Below, piece by piece: positions 9,779 through 20,600 of a stretch of DNA of 64,000 nucleotides. Made by a program: the position numbers and the translations under genes. Source of the DNA: Candidatus Bathyarchaeota archaeon (GTDB taxonomy: Archaea; Thermoproteota; Bathyarchaeia; Bathyarchaeales; Bathycorpusculaceae); NCBI GenBank assembly GCA_963702095.1, contig OY969706.1, forward strand, positions 1,664,001 through 1,728,000. The letters run 5' to 3'. Positions within the stretch are counted from its first letter, which is position 1, and every line of letters starts with the position of its first letter. The notes under the pieces are model-generated. The model worked only from the letters and a program-made list of their open reading frames with translations, ran no database searches and had not been told where the DNA came from.

Positions 9779-10711
9779 ATGAGTAGCTTAAAACAAACGG
9801 TTGATAGACTAAAAACTCTGGAAGCAGAAAAACTTAACCTATTAACGCAAGTTGAAGACCTCAAAAAAATAGCTGAGGCAAAAGCCAATTCTTTAGAGAG
9901 TGAAATTGCAGCTCTAAGAGAAGAAGTATCCTCGCTGCACTCTTTGATGGGAACGGAAAAAACGCCACTAAACCCTATCACAGAAAAAGACTTGGCGATT
10001 CAAGCGTCCGCGGAGAAATTTTTAACCGAAGCCGATCGAATAGGAAATCAGGTTCTTACAGAACCACCTATCGATCAAAACTTCGATACTTGGCTCAGTG
10101 AAGCCCGGAAAATCGTTTCTGACTTCGAAGCAAGCTATGGGAATATGATTGATGAACAATTTGGAGATGATTGCTCGCAAATCTTTCTTAATCTTGAGAG
10201 TATTCTAACCAAGAAAAAAGCTGAGGAAGCAAATGCAGGCGAAATCACTCAGGCCCTAGCTGAGAACAACCGTCTCCTCGAGGAGATTACAAGAGAATAC
10301 ACCGAAAACGAACACGCACTTGCCCTCAAACGCGATGAAGAGACTCAGCGGCTAACAAGGCACATTCAGGAGCTAGAGAGTGAGATTGAGAAACAAGAAA
10401 AAGACAATGGCAAACGAAAGCTCCTAAAAAAGAAGACGGAGGATAAGCTGCCGCAGGCAAGACAGGACCTCAAGGTTGCACAGAAAGAAGTTGAGGCCAT
10501 ACAGCAGAATTTCTTAAATGAACAAGAGAAAATGCACTCTACCTACGAAAACAGAAGGCACGAATATACGTTGCAAACAGAGCGTTTGGGTAAAGAGTTG
10601 GCAGAATTAAAAACCGATATATCTTTGGAGGAAAGGCAGGAGGCAGCTAAAGCGTTGGCAAACGCCGTAAACGCGTTGGTCGAGAGGACTTCCTCAGGTG
10701 CTCATACGTAG
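9779..10711 (+). CDS. Long coiled-coil protein
   Basis: E/K/Q/L-rich heptad pattern throughout; purine-rich SD-like stretch upstream. Confidence 0.75.
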   Translation: MSSLKQTVDRLKTLEAEKLNLLTQVEDLKKIAEAKANSLESEIAALREEVSSLHSLMGTEKTPLNPITEKDLAIQASAEKFLTEADRIGNQVLTEPPIDQNFDTWLSEARKIVSDFEASYGNMIDEQFGDDCSQIFLNLESILTKKKAEEANAGEITQALAENNRLLEEITREYTENEHALALKRDEETQRLTRHIQELESEIEKQEKDNGKRKLLKKKTEDKLPQARQDLKVAQKEVEAIQQNFLNEQEKMHSTYENRRHEYTLQTERLGKELAELKTDISLEERQEAAKALANAVNALVERTSSGAHT

Positions 10712-10809
10712 GTGCGGTTGATGGTTAAAACAAAGAAACGCTAACAAAGCTATGGCTGTTACTGGTGAAGTTGCAGGTAAAGAGTGTATGACAGCGATGA
10801 GGTGGAGCC

Positions 10810-11526
10810 ATGAAAAGCGACTATACAGAGTATAATCTTAAACACGGCGTTGAAAGAATCAATCAAATAATTGAGACTCCAGACTCTAAATACGAAGAAC
10901 TTGAGAAACTTCCCACTCGCGACGCACTAACATACACCAACGGATTCCACGTTAAATGCGCAGCACTTTTTGTAGAGATTCGCGATGCAACTGAACTACC
11001 AAATTTGCATAAGAATAATCGTCTTGCTAAACTCTACAGAACCTGCCTATCCGAAGTTACCGCTGTCATGAATGGCAACCCCAAATGTGCTGAAATAAAT
11101 ATAGCTGGAACATGCATTTCAGGTTTCTTTGATGCACCGTGGCAAGATGACCTCAACGATGTCTTCTCTACTGCTGGAAAAATATCTTCGATTGTTAGGA
11201 TAATAAACCAAAGATTTAGCGGCAACCCGATTCAAATAGGAATTGGGCTTTCATACGGAAAAGCCCTCCTCGTTAAGTTAGGCTACAAAGGCACCAAACT
11301 CAGCGAGGTTCTTTGGACTGGAGATGTTGTCAGCGAAACTTCAAGGCTTGCAAGTTATGGAAACAAGGAACCCACAGATAGGGAGACCATGGTTTCAGAA
11401 ATTGTATACCATAACCTCGGTGATGAAAACAAAAAACTCTTGGAGTTTAACTCCGCCAGAGACTGCTACCACGGAAGTATAGTAAACAAACATATGAATA
11501 ACTGGTACAAACAAAACTACCCGTAA
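10810..11526 (+). CDS. Class III nucleotide cyclase-like (Pycsar PycC-like) protein with degenerate active site
   Basis: LTYTNGF, ALFVEIRD, EINIAGTCI, IGIGLSYG, GDVVSETSRL match the class III cyclase motif order. GAGGTGG SD upstream. Confidence 0.75.
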   Translation: MKSDYTEYNLKHGVERINQIIETPDSKYEELEKLPTRDALTYTNGFHVKCAALFVEIRDATELPNLHKNNRLAKLYRTCLSEVTAVMNGNPKCAEINIAGTCISGFFDAPWQDDLNDVFSTAGKISSIVRIINQRFSGNPIQIGIGLSYGKALLVKLGYKGTKLSEVLWTGDVVSETSRLASYGNKEPTDRETMVSEIVYHNLGDENKKLLEFNSARDCYHGSIVNKHMNNWYKQNYP

Positions 11527-11674
11527 TTTCTACGAACTAACCCTCGGCAAAACAACTGTTTATTGCATTCACGCTTTTCCTGCAGCCTAACCCTATTTAC
11601 CCTATATAGTTTATTGCCAGCGGTCTTAAGTTGTGCAAAACCTCAATTCCACGTAATACCTTAGGTGACTCGCT

Positions 11675-12013
11675 CTGTCTCAGTCAAGGCTTGAGAAATA
11701 CGTTGAAATCCTCAAAGCGTTAGCCCAAAATGGCCCGCTAAAGAACGACCAAGTCGCTTCAAAAAGTCAAATAGACGTAGAAGAAACTAAACTGCACCTA
11801 AACTTTTTGGGGCAAAAGGACTTAGTCGAATATAAAACAACAAGTCAAAGACCAGTGTACTCGGTGACTCGACGGGGAATAGCGGTGCTTATGCATTTCA
11901 ACGAACTCGCAGTTGAAGCCTCTTTCGGAAGCAAAGTTATTTCCGGGGTTTCACTTCGTTATTCTGCTTTAACCCCACCACAACATCCGCGGGCAAATCA
12001 TGTTCAACCATAA
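11675..12013 (+). CDS. Winged-helix transcription regulator (HTH_45-like)
   Basis: Extending ORF 11807 upstream to CTG at 11675, after AGGTGA SD, gives (M)SQSRLEKYVEILKALAQNGPLK...LNFLGQKDLVE...YSVTRRGIAVL. Confidence 0.7.
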   Translation: MSQSRLEKYVEILKALAQNGPLKNDQVASKSQIDVEETKLHLNFLGQKDLVEYKTTSQRPVYSVTRRGIAVLMHFNELAVEASFGSKVISGVSLRYSALTPPQHPRANHVQP

Positions 12014-13214
12014 AGTTCGCGCCGACCCACGTGTTCGCACCCACCTTGACACCCGGCATGAACAAGGCTTTGATGCCTGTTTTAACGTTGTCGCCCAAGA
12101 TTGCGCCAAGCTTGCGTCTACCCGTATCGACAACTATGTCTTTTATACGCATCTTGATTTTGCCGTCGTCAAAACGCAAGTTCGCAGTTATGGTGCCTGC
12201 GCCAAGGTTGCAGTTCTCGCCAAAGATGCTGTCGCCAACATAGCTCAGGTGACCCACATGTGTGCCGTCCATTATGATACTGTTTTTTATTTCCACGGCG
12301 TTGCCGACGCGGGTTTTTTTGCCCAGGCTTGTGCCGCTACGGATGTAACAGTTGGGGCCGACGTCAGCTTCTTGGTCGATGAAAACTGGGCCTTCAATGT
12401 AGGCGCCTGAGCGGACACGCGCTGTCTCCGCAACGGTGACGGGACCGATTAGGTGTGCGCCTTCTTCAACGACGCCCAAGACTTTGTGATCCATGCGTTT
12501 GAGCGCCCAAACGTTAGCATCCAAGAGGTCCCATGGGCGACCCACGTCAAACCAGTCATCTTTGCATAGCTGCGTTGCCAAGACCGTTTTGCCTTCCTCC
12601 GCAAGCAAGGTTATAGCGTCGGTGAGTTCCCATTCTCCACGCACGGAAGCTTTTGTCTGGCGGATTTTATCGAAAACGTCCTTGTCGAATGCGTAGACGC
12701 CAGCGTTGGCAAGGTTCGAGGGGGGTTTGCCCCGGGCGGGTTTTTCGACGATGCATTTGACTTTGCCGTCTGTGGTCTGCTTGATTATACCATAGTTTTC
12801 GGGGCGGTCAACAGGTACGACGCCCATCACGGCTGCAGTTTTGCCGCTTTCAAACTTGGAGAGAACTTCTTTGACGGCGTCCTGCCCAAACAACAAATCC
12901 CCATAAATTAATACAAAGTCGCCGTCGAGGTAGGGTTCCGCTATGCCCGCGGCGTTTCCCGTGCCCAAGATTTTAAGTTGCTCCACATAGGTGATTTTGA
13001 GCCCCAGCGCTGAACCGTCGCCGAAGTAGCTGCGGATTGCCCCGCCCATGTAGTGGGTGACAACGATTGCCTCGTCGATGCCCGCATACTTAACCGCTTC
13101 CAAGCAAAACTGAAGTATAGATTTGCCGCCCACTTTCAATAGGTGCTTTGGACGTGTCGCTGTTAGGGGTTGGAGCCTCTCGCCTGCGCCTGCCGCTAGC
13201 AATACCGCTTTCAT
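11937..13214 (-). CDS. glmU: Bifunctional sugar-1-phosphate nucleotidylyltransferase/acetyltransferase (archaeal GlmU)
   Basis: MKAVLLAAGAGERL..T..RPK, VEKP, C-terminal hexapeptide repeats (HLSYVGDS). Start at 13214 overlaps the glmM stop. Confidence 0.9.
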   Translation of the reverse strand: MKAVLLAAGAGERLQPLTATRPKHLLKVGGKSILQFCLEAVKYAGIDEAIVVTHYMGGAIRSYFGDGSALGLKITYVEQLKILGTGNAAGIAEPYLDGDFVLIYGDLLFGQDAVKEVLSKFESGKTAAVMGVVPVDRPENYGIIKQTTDGKVKCIVEKPARGKPPSNLANAGVYAFDKDVFDKIRQTKASVRGEWELTDAITLLAEEGKTVLATQLCKDDWFDVGRPWDLLDANVWALKRMDHKVLGVVEEGAHLIGPVTVAETARVRSGAYIEGPVFIDQEADVGPNCYIRSGTSLGKKTRVGNAVEIKNSIIMDGTHVGHLSYVGDSIFGENCNLGAGTITANLRFDDGKIKMRIKDIVVDTGRRKLGAILGDNVKTGIKALFMPGVKVGANTWVGANFMVEHDLPADVVVGLKQNNEVKPRK

Positions 13215-14572
13215 TTTTGTGCCTCGATTTGTTTGTTGACTAGTGCTGTTACTTTTGCGGTTATATCTTTTGCCGCCTGCTCTGATTCGCCCTCCACTGT
13301 TAAGCGGATAAGAGGTTCGGTGCCTGAAGCCCGCACCAACATCCACCCATTCTTCAACGCCAAACGGGCGCCGTCGACTGTGGAGTAATCTGTGTAATTT
13401 GGAAACGCCTCTTTTAGCGTTTTCCTAAGTTGCTCAATCAACTTGTATTTCACTTCGTTCTTGCAGGCGAAATTAACACGTTTTGTTATGTACTGTGGGA
13501 CTTCACCGACGAATTCTGAAACAGTTTTGCCCTCTGCCTCCAACGCAGCAAGAAACATTACGGCTGAGAGTGGACCATCGGGACAGAGGTGCTGTTGAGG
13601 CTGTATCCATGCGCCACAGGGTTCGCCGCCGAAGACGGCACCGTTTTGCTCTATAGCTTCAGAAACGTAGATGTCGCCGACCCGTGTCCGCGCCACTTTG
13701 CCCGCGTATTTCTCCGCCATTGTTTCCACAGCCATAGATGCTTCGATGGTGGTCACGATGACTCCACCGCCGACACGTTTTAGGGTGTAAGCGCTGTAAG
13801 CGGCGAGTGAACGGTCGAAATCTACAAAAACCCCGTTTTCATCGACAAAGGCTACTCGGTCTGCATCACCATCAAAGGCTATGCCTATGTCGGCGCCCAA
13901 TGCTTTGACAGTGTTTGATAGGGTGATGAGTGATTCGGCGTTTGGTTCGGATTTGCGTGCGGGGAAATATCCGTCGGGTTGAGCGTTGAGGGCGGTTACT
14001 TTGCAGCCTAATGCACTGAGCAGTTTTGGGGCAACGCTGAAGGCTGCGCCGCATCCGGGGTCAACTACGACTTTCCAGTTTTTTTTAAGCGAAACTGCAT
14101 TTTGCGCCATTTCCATGTAAACTTTTGCGGCATCAACATCCGCTGTGGTGCCCAGTGCACGCCAATCAGCCAACGCAAAATGGTCCTGAGCAACAATCAT
14201 CTCCACTGCGTCTTGGTCTGCGTCGGTGTAGGATAGGGCATTGTTGTTGAATACTTTTATGCCGTTGTAGGGGGGCGGGTTGTGCGATGCAGTAAGCATG
14301 AAACCCACGTCGGCACCGAATACTTTGGCAGCGTAGGCACAGACGGGTGTTGGAACCATGCCTGCGAGCAATACGTCGACGCCGCAGGAAAGAAGCCCCG
14401 AAACCAGAGCTGCCTCAATCATGCCGCCAGAGACCCGTGTATCCCTTGCCACCAGAGCCTTCTTTGCTTTTGCATGTGTAGCCACTGCTGAAGCAACTTT
14501 GCAAGCTAAAATCGGGGTTAAATCACTGTTTACTAATCCGCGTACGCCTGAACTTCCGAACAGTTTAGCCAT
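13211..14572 (-). CDS. glmM: Phosphoglucosamine mutase / phosphohexomutase
   Basis: LFGSSGVRG, TASHNP, FDGDADR, GGEP.G, VRASGTEP. Confidence 0.9.
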   Translation of the reverse strand: MAKLFGSSGVRGLVNSDLTPILACKVASAVATHAKAKKALVARDTRVSGGMIEAALVSGLLSCGVDVLLAGMVPTPVCAYAAKVFGADVGFMLTASHNPPPYNGIKVFNNNALSYTDADQDAVEMIVAQDHFALADWRALGTTADVDAAKVYMEMAQNAVSLKKNWKVVVDPGCGAAFSVAPKLLSALGCKVTALNAQPDGYFPARKSEPNAESLITLSNTVKALGADIGIAFDGDADRVAFVDENGVFVDFDRSLAAYSAYTLKRVGGGVIVTTIEASMAVETMAEKYAGKVARTRVGDIYVSEAIEQNGAVFGGEPCGAWIQPQQHLCPDGPLSAVMFLAALEAEGKTVSEFVGEVPQYITKRVNFACKNEVKYKLIEQLRKTLKEAFPNYTDYSTVDGARLALKNGWMLVRASGTEPLIRLTVEGESEQAAKDITAKVTALVNKQIEAQK

Positions 14573-14644
14573 CTTAATGACCTTCTATTGCAAAGGTAAG
14601 GGGCAAGGTTGCCTTAAAACAATTTGGGCATAAAAAATAGGCAA

Positions 14645-15115
14645 CTACAACTTTAGGGCTGCTTCAAGCCGTTTGGGGTTCAAAAGAAGGTCTAAGCCGT
14701 CAACGATGTCACTGATGCATACATCGGCTGCCAGCAACGCTTCCACCGCGCAGCCTTCTCTGCCCACCACCGCTACTCCCAGCCGAGCAGTCTTTAGCAT
14801 GCGCCTATCGTTGCGTCCGTTCCCGTAAGCAACAACTGTGTTGGCTTCTAAAGCGTTGATGTAGGCTACTTTCTGTTTATCCATCTCAGAAGCCTCCAAG
14901 ATTTTAACTTCACATGGCACATCTGCAAGTTCAGCGCGGGCAGTGCCAAACGTGTCAGCGGTTAACATGTGAATTCTGAGGTGCTCGGCGAGTTCAGCGA
15001 GTTTTGCTTTTACCTGCGGTAAGACTTTGCCGTCGAAGGTGAGTGTGCCATTGTAATCTAAGACTAGATGCTCAAGTTGCAGCAGACCAAAATTGGGGAT
15101 GCGGATTTCAAGCAA
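14645..15115 (-). CDS. HAD-family hydrolase (soluble P-type ATPase-like)
   Basis: LDYNGTL, LTADTFG, GNGRND motifs. TTG start at 15115 with GGGTGA SD. Confidence 0.8.
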   Translation of the reverse strand: MLEIRIPNFGLLQLEHLVLDYNGTLTFDGKVLPQVKAKLAELAEHLRIHMLTADTFGTARAELADVPCEVKILEASEMDKQKVAYINALEANTVVAYGNGRNDRRMLKTARLGVAVVGREGCAVEALLAADVCISDIVDGLDLLLNPKRLEAALKL

Positions 15116-15140
15116 GCGATTCACCCGCAAAAAATGGGTG

Positions 15141-16244
15141 CTAGGACTTAAAAACTGCATTGTTCCTTTGTGCGTTAATAAAGCTTGAAAGCAGGCTTTT
15201 TGTGGGGTGCGCACCATCCCTGCCTGAGAGGTAGCTGGCTGAAACCGCATTAGCCAGCATCAAACGGCATTCATCCGAGAGGTGATTGTGGTCGGCTAAG
15301 ATGTTGCCAGCGTTCCAAGCGTCGCCTGCCCCTGTTGCGCGGAGGAGTTCTATCTTGAATGCGGGAACCACAACCTCACGTTTACCCTTCAAGCTAGCAG
15401 AAAAAACCGATGTGTGCAAATCTATTCGCGCTGGAAAGAGACGAGCTAACACCCGCGCGGCTTCTAATGCATAATCTGCGAAGCTGAGTTGGCCTTTTTT
15501 GTCTTTGAAGTCTTCCTCAAGTAAGTTGGCGTAGGTAACGGCTTCGTTTTCGTTTACGCTCAAAATGTCAATTCTGGAGGTTTTTAGCACTTTTTCCAAA
15601 AAAGCCGATATGCCTTGTATATTGGGGGTCGGATCAGCAGTGTCATAGTACGTCTTTCCACCGCCATTGGATTTTGCCCGCTCAAAAACCGCTTGCGCCA
15701 GTGCCGTGCCATGTTTTAGGGTGCCCGCCCAGTTAAAGAGGCAAACATAATCTGCCTTCTCTATCAATTCATAATCCTTTTCGTTTAAATCTGAGGGGCC
15801 GAAATCTGCCAGGGCACCGATGTCTCTTAGCATTACATTGACTTTTTCGTTTAAACCCTTAAATTCCAGGGCAGTGGTTACGGATGCTTTGCCAAGTGTT
15901 TTTACATGTGAAAAATCCATGGAGCTATTCTGGAAATGGTATTTTATGAGTTGGAGACCATATTCGCTTGTACACACGATCGGTGTAACTGTAACTCCTA
16001 GATTTGACAGTGCTGAGGCAGTGTTTATTGAGTTTCCGCCTTTTTGGTCCATCTGGTGAATGCCATCGATGCTGCCGCCCTTACGCTTTATAACTTCACT
16101 GACGGAACCTGAAAACTCAGATAGCCGCCATTCTAAATCTACGATGCGGTCTAAGAAAAAGTCAGGCATAACCACTACGTTGCATTCTTTATGCTTGGAT
16201 GATAGAAACTCCTGTAGCTCCCCTTTGCACTCCTCTAAAGACAT
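15141..16244 (-). CDS. PfkB family carbohydrate kinase
   Basis: GGNSIN.A, NENEA, ATGAGDAWNAG. Confidence 0.85.
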   Translation of the reverse strand: MSLEECKGELQEFLSSKHKECNVVVMPDFFLDRIVDLEWRLSEFSGSVSEVIKRKGGSIDGIHQMDQKGGNSINTASALSNLGVTVTPIVCTSEYGLQLIKYHFQNSSMDFSHVKTLGKASVTTALEFKGLNEKVNVMLRDIGALADFGPSDLNEKDYELIEKADYVCLFNWAGTLKHGTALAQAVFERAKSNGGGKTYYDTADPTPNIQGISAFLEKVLKTSRIDILSVNENEAVTYANLLEEDFKDKKGQLSFADYALEAARVLARLFPARIDLHTSVFSASLKGKREVVVPAFKIELLRATGAGDAWNAGNILADHNHLSDECRLMLANAVSASYLSGRDGAHPTKSLLSSFINAQRNNAVFKS

Positions 16245-16327
16245 GAAAATGCTCCAGTAGAGTAACTTCCAAAAAGCTAAAATAACCTTTTGATGTGAAT
16301 GGTAATCTTAAAGGGGAGAACAAGGGC

Positions 16328-16528
16328 ATGAAATTTAAAATTGAAGCAACTCTGCTCATTTTGGCTATAATCTTGTTTGCCGTCGCCATGTTCTGTTATT
16401 CATATCACGCCTTAGCCCTGAGCTATCCTTACAGAGGGGTAGCAGTGGCATTCGTCGGCATCGGTTCAGCCTCGATGCTCATGGCTTCGATTTCTTACTC
16501 CAAGAAAACAAAAGATGTTATCTCTTAA
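16328..16528 (+). CDS. Small two-TM membrane protein
   Basis: Two hydrophobic segments separated by YPYR; ATG preceded by purine-rich SD. Confidence 0.6.
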   Translation: MKFKIEATLLILAIILFAVAMFCYSYHALALSYPYRGVAVAFVGIGSASMLMASISYSKKTKDVIS

Positions 16529-16536
16529 ACTGCCAC

Positions 16537-17331
16537 TTAGCCCAGAACCGAATGAACCAGCAGCCAAACAACGTCGCCGAATGTTAAAGCAACAATCAAA
16601 CCTAACGTCACAAAAATCAACATAGGCAACCCAGGAGTCGCCCAAACATAGCAGCTGATTTTTCCTTGGTTTGCTGCGTTGGAGAGGCGTTCAACGATTT
16701 TGTCACGCCCCTCATCGTGTGGGACTACGACGAGTTTACGGTTTAAATCCACGTTTTGGTCATCAACGTCTTCCATGGGGAAGATATGCCATTTTTCCTT
16801 TACTGTGCAAATGTCCATTTTGTAACCTGTTATGAGGACAAGGAGTTTTTTACCCACTGATTCATGTTCGAGGCTTCCTGAGAACATCTTGGTTTTGTTT
16901 TTGCTGTGCCAAAATACGTTGCGGAGGACCATGTAGACGCCACTTGCCGCTGCGAATAGAACAGAGTTGCCGAAGATGGTTATGGGGAAAATGATGTCTG
17001 AAATAGGCGAAGCCGCTGAAGCTACTATGGGGGTGAACAATGCGATGGGAGCGAAGGGTATAGCGAGTGCGATGCACATGAATGCTTTGGAGTCTGCGCC
17101 GCCGAAGCCGCCAGTATAGAAAAGCAGCAAAGCTATAGCCGAGGTGACGCCGAAGCTTAGGGCAAAGAGGACCAAGTTGCCTTGTTCGAAGAGGAGTAGT
17201 TCAGTCAAGGTTAACGCTAACGCTATTGGAGCGTAAATTGCCCATACTTTGTTGCTGACCTCTCGGGTTTTGTAGTCTCTCCACGACGCATAGATTAAGA
17301 CGGTTAAGGTTACGGCTACGCTTGCCGCCAA
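16537..17331 (-). CDS. pibD: Prepilin/preflagellin peptidase (A24, PibD/FlaK family)
   Basis: ASWRDYKTREV and GGFGGADSK catalytic aspartates; C-terminal VWATPGLPM. Confidence 0.85.
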   Translation of the reverse strand: MAASVAVTLTVLIYASWRDYKTREVSNKVWAIYAPIALALTLTELLLFEQGNLVLFALSFGVTSAIALLLFYTGGFGGADSKAFMCIALAIPFAPIALFTPIVASAASPISDIIFPITIFGNSVLFAAASGVYMVLRNVFWHSKNKTKMFSGSLEHESVGKKLLVLITGYKMDICTVKEKWHIFPMEDVDDQNVDLNRKLVVVPHDEGRDKIVERLSNAANQGKISCYVWATPGLPMLIFVTLGLIVALTFGDVVWLLVHSVLG

Positions 17332-17461
17332 GAGATAAGTCTGTAAGGGGTGTATCTGAATTGCTCCTTTTCCGTTATAATGGTAGGGTGAGGTTAGTTT
17401 AGGCTAATAAGATTTTGTCGGTAATACGGATATCTGACAACAGTATATCAAATCGATAATT

Positions 17462-17593
17462 TGTTTTTCTAGTGTTAGATGAAGGCAGAGGGTCCCTTGC
17501 TCATCTTCTTCCTATGGGCTGGGTAAACGGTTGTGTTTTGGGTTCTGCCTTGCAAACGGGTTGCTGGCTGGTTGTGGACAAATCCGCAAGCAG
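17462..17593 (-). repeat. Dispersed intergenic repeat family B, copy B2
   Basis: Reverse complement aligns colinearly with 3131-3262. Confidence 0.85.
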
Positions 17594-17648
17594 CTTCCAG
17601 TTAAAGCAAGTGCTAAGTACAAGACAAAGCAAAAGAGGCTCTCTGTGC

Positions 17649-20600
17649 CTAACGTATCGGTGTCACTATCAAAGTCGGCGGATACTCTGCTAAAATCCAG
17701 AGCCCCATTGGAGTGGTGGCATCGTAGAAGTTGCAGATAGGCGTGTTGCTGCTGTCAAATGTTGCAACTACTCCCTGCCAAGTGATGTCGTAGGGCGTGC
17801 GGAATGCAACTTGCTTAGGTGGGTCGTAAATAACGGGAAACAACTCCAGCGTAGTGGTGCTTGTTTTAAGGCCGCCTTTAGATGTACTACTGGGGAAGCT
17901 ATCGAATGCGTAGAGTCGCATGTTTTGGGTGTCACTAAACATTATACCTGCGCCTTTGCCGCTGTCCTGCATAAACTGCATAAAATGGTGGTCGGTGTAG
18001 CCGCTGCTTGCATAGTTGGGGTATGTTGCTGTTCCGTTGACTACGATTGGGAAGTCTGCAAGGGTTCCGTTTTCTGCCTGCAGCGTAGGCGAATTAACCG
18101 ATGTCGTAAGTGATAGTGGGCAAAGGTCTGTTATGGTTCTTGACGGGGTTGAGTCGATGAACATTAATCGTAATTGATAGTTGTAGTAGGTTGCGTTGGC
18201 TGGGAGCAGAATTATTATGTTAGCGTACATGTTGGGGCAGTCTTCTGCGCCGCCTCCTGAACCGGCAGTTCCCCATTCCGATTCCTCCATCGCTATGTCG
18301 CGAACTATGCCATGGTGAATGACCAGCGAGGTTCCTGAACCGTAGGTGCTTGCTTCCTGATTAGCCCGCATAAACGTCGCTGTACTGTAAGTGCTGGTTC
18401 CTGCAACTGTTGCTTTGACTGTTCCACCTGAGAAGACAAGGGACAAGTTGCCGTTGTTGTATGTGCTTGAACCGGTATTATCAGCAGTAAAGAAGCGGTT
18501 AGTGTATGCCATCGGAGTCTGGGCTGCCGCATCGCTGCCGTCCCACCAAATCGTAAAATCAGTCACATGACTGTTTAGGAGGAACACTATCATTTGGCGG
18601 TTGCTAAAAACGGTAGCGTTGCTGGTTAGGCCCAGTGGAATTTGGTAGTTGGATGCCCAATCTTCAATCTGGAAAGGCACCTCTTGGTTTACGCCGTTTA
18701 TTGTTTGGTTTACATGGATTGCTTTTACTGAAACTGGAGGAATAGGTATGGTTTGGCCGCCGGTTACCTGCATGTTTTGCCCCAGCCACCGCATCGTGCC
18801 GTTTTGTAGCAACTCAACAGTGAAGGTGGATTGTTGACGGTTTACGAGGAACGTTATGTCTGGTTCGTCTTTGAGGTAGACACAGTCGATGTTGTATGTG
18901 TCGGGTGCTGGGTCGGTTAAGTCGTTGCTGCCGACGAAACGTATGGTTAGATTGGACGAGTCAATGTATGGAGCGAGTGAGACATTGTTGAATTGATTAG
19001 GAACCAAACTCATCAAATTCATCCATGTACCGCCATGCAGCACCTGCACAACCAGGGGTTCAGACCCCATGGTGCCGGTTTTTATGCAGAGGTCCTGCCG
19101 GGCGATGGAGGCGTTAACGTTTAACCATTGCTCCTGTAGGTTGACTGCGTAATTGGTGAATTGGGAAGTGAAGCGGGCAAGGTCAAGTTTTAGGTCGAAT
19201 TGGGCAGCGCTTGTATTGGTTGCGGTTACCATGAGTTTCCAGCCGTAGCTTGAATTGCGGTAGTTTGTGGGGTTAGAGGTGATGGTTTGGGTTTGCAGTG
19301 AATCGCTAGTGCCCAACTCTGTGTTAATGAAGCCGTCGCCGCCTGCAGGATACCCAGTTACAGTGTTATATAGTTGCAGCGTGCAACTGGCGGTGTCTGC
19401 GGATACTGCGCTGTCAACTGCCCAAGTTAGCTGTTGCCAACTGATAGAGTCGGAGTTGCCCATTAGCTCAGCTTGGACCGTGTACTGAGCTGGCGACCGA
19501 ATAGGTGCAGTATATACAATAGCGGTAATTGTCGGTATACAAGTGGGTATCAGGGTCAGGCCATGGATTGCCATAGTTTTCACTATCATAGTAACCTTGA
19601 TTTGAAGAATAAATCTCACCGATAGAAACGCTCCCATGATATCCTTCACTCCCCCATACCACAAAAATGTATTCGGTGTTTGCATCCAGCATGGGCTTTA
19701 TCACAAAATTGAAAGTAGTCCAAGAACCAGTGGTGACACCAACAGATTGTTCGGGTGTGCTTCCCACGAGGACATGGTTGGTTGTGTATATTGCAGCTTT
19801 AACCGTGGCACTTCTTGAACCTACAATAAGGTAAGCAGAGATAGATTCCGCTCGTCCCCCATTGCCAACCGTGAAAGCTGAACCTCTAATATAATCATCT
19901 AAGTCTTGACCCGTGGATTGCGCGGTTGTATATCCTACATTGGTAGTTCCAGAGAAAGCGGAAGGATACGAGTGAAGCTGCAGATAGCTGCCATCGTTTC
20001 TCATTGTGTCAGAGGTTATGTTGCCTGAGCTTTGACTGATAGTAGTTGATCCCAGCAGGTTGACGCCGACAGGGTAGTAATTGAGCGCGCCCAGTCCATT
20101 AGCCTGCTCTGTTATGGCGTCATAGACGCTGTCGGGGCCATTCTGCTGTGCCGCAAAGTTGCTGTGGGTTCCCGTGATGTTTTGGTTAGCTTGGTCGACG
20201 TAATCAAGCAGTTGGCTCCAGGCGCTTGAATTCCAAGAGACCGAGGTAGTGAACCCAGTGAAGGAAGAAACTAGAGCCATCAACCCTCTTGTGTCGCTGA
20301 TTTGAAGGACATAGGCGTTGCTGGCTAAATTCGGCGGCAAATCCAATACATAGGTGCCGTTGACATATGAAGCGATGTTTGCTGGAGAAGATAAGTTCCA
20401 AACTGATTCTTCATAATTGTAAGTATAGAATTGAAGGTTCTCTTTTCCCAAGTTAATGAGCGGTTCATCTCCATCACGCAAAATAATCAGTTGGGTCTTG
20501 GTCGGGGAAGGCGCACCGACTACTTGCACGTTTAAACTGATGGAGGCGTTATAGTTTACACCGTAGATGCCCATGCCCGTCAAGTTATAATTAACGTTGA

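Noticed and set aside
19468-19685. Programmed frameshift or phase variation in the large adhesin
   Set aside because: No slippery run or simple-sequence repeat at the junction; same pattern as the other probable sequencing indels.
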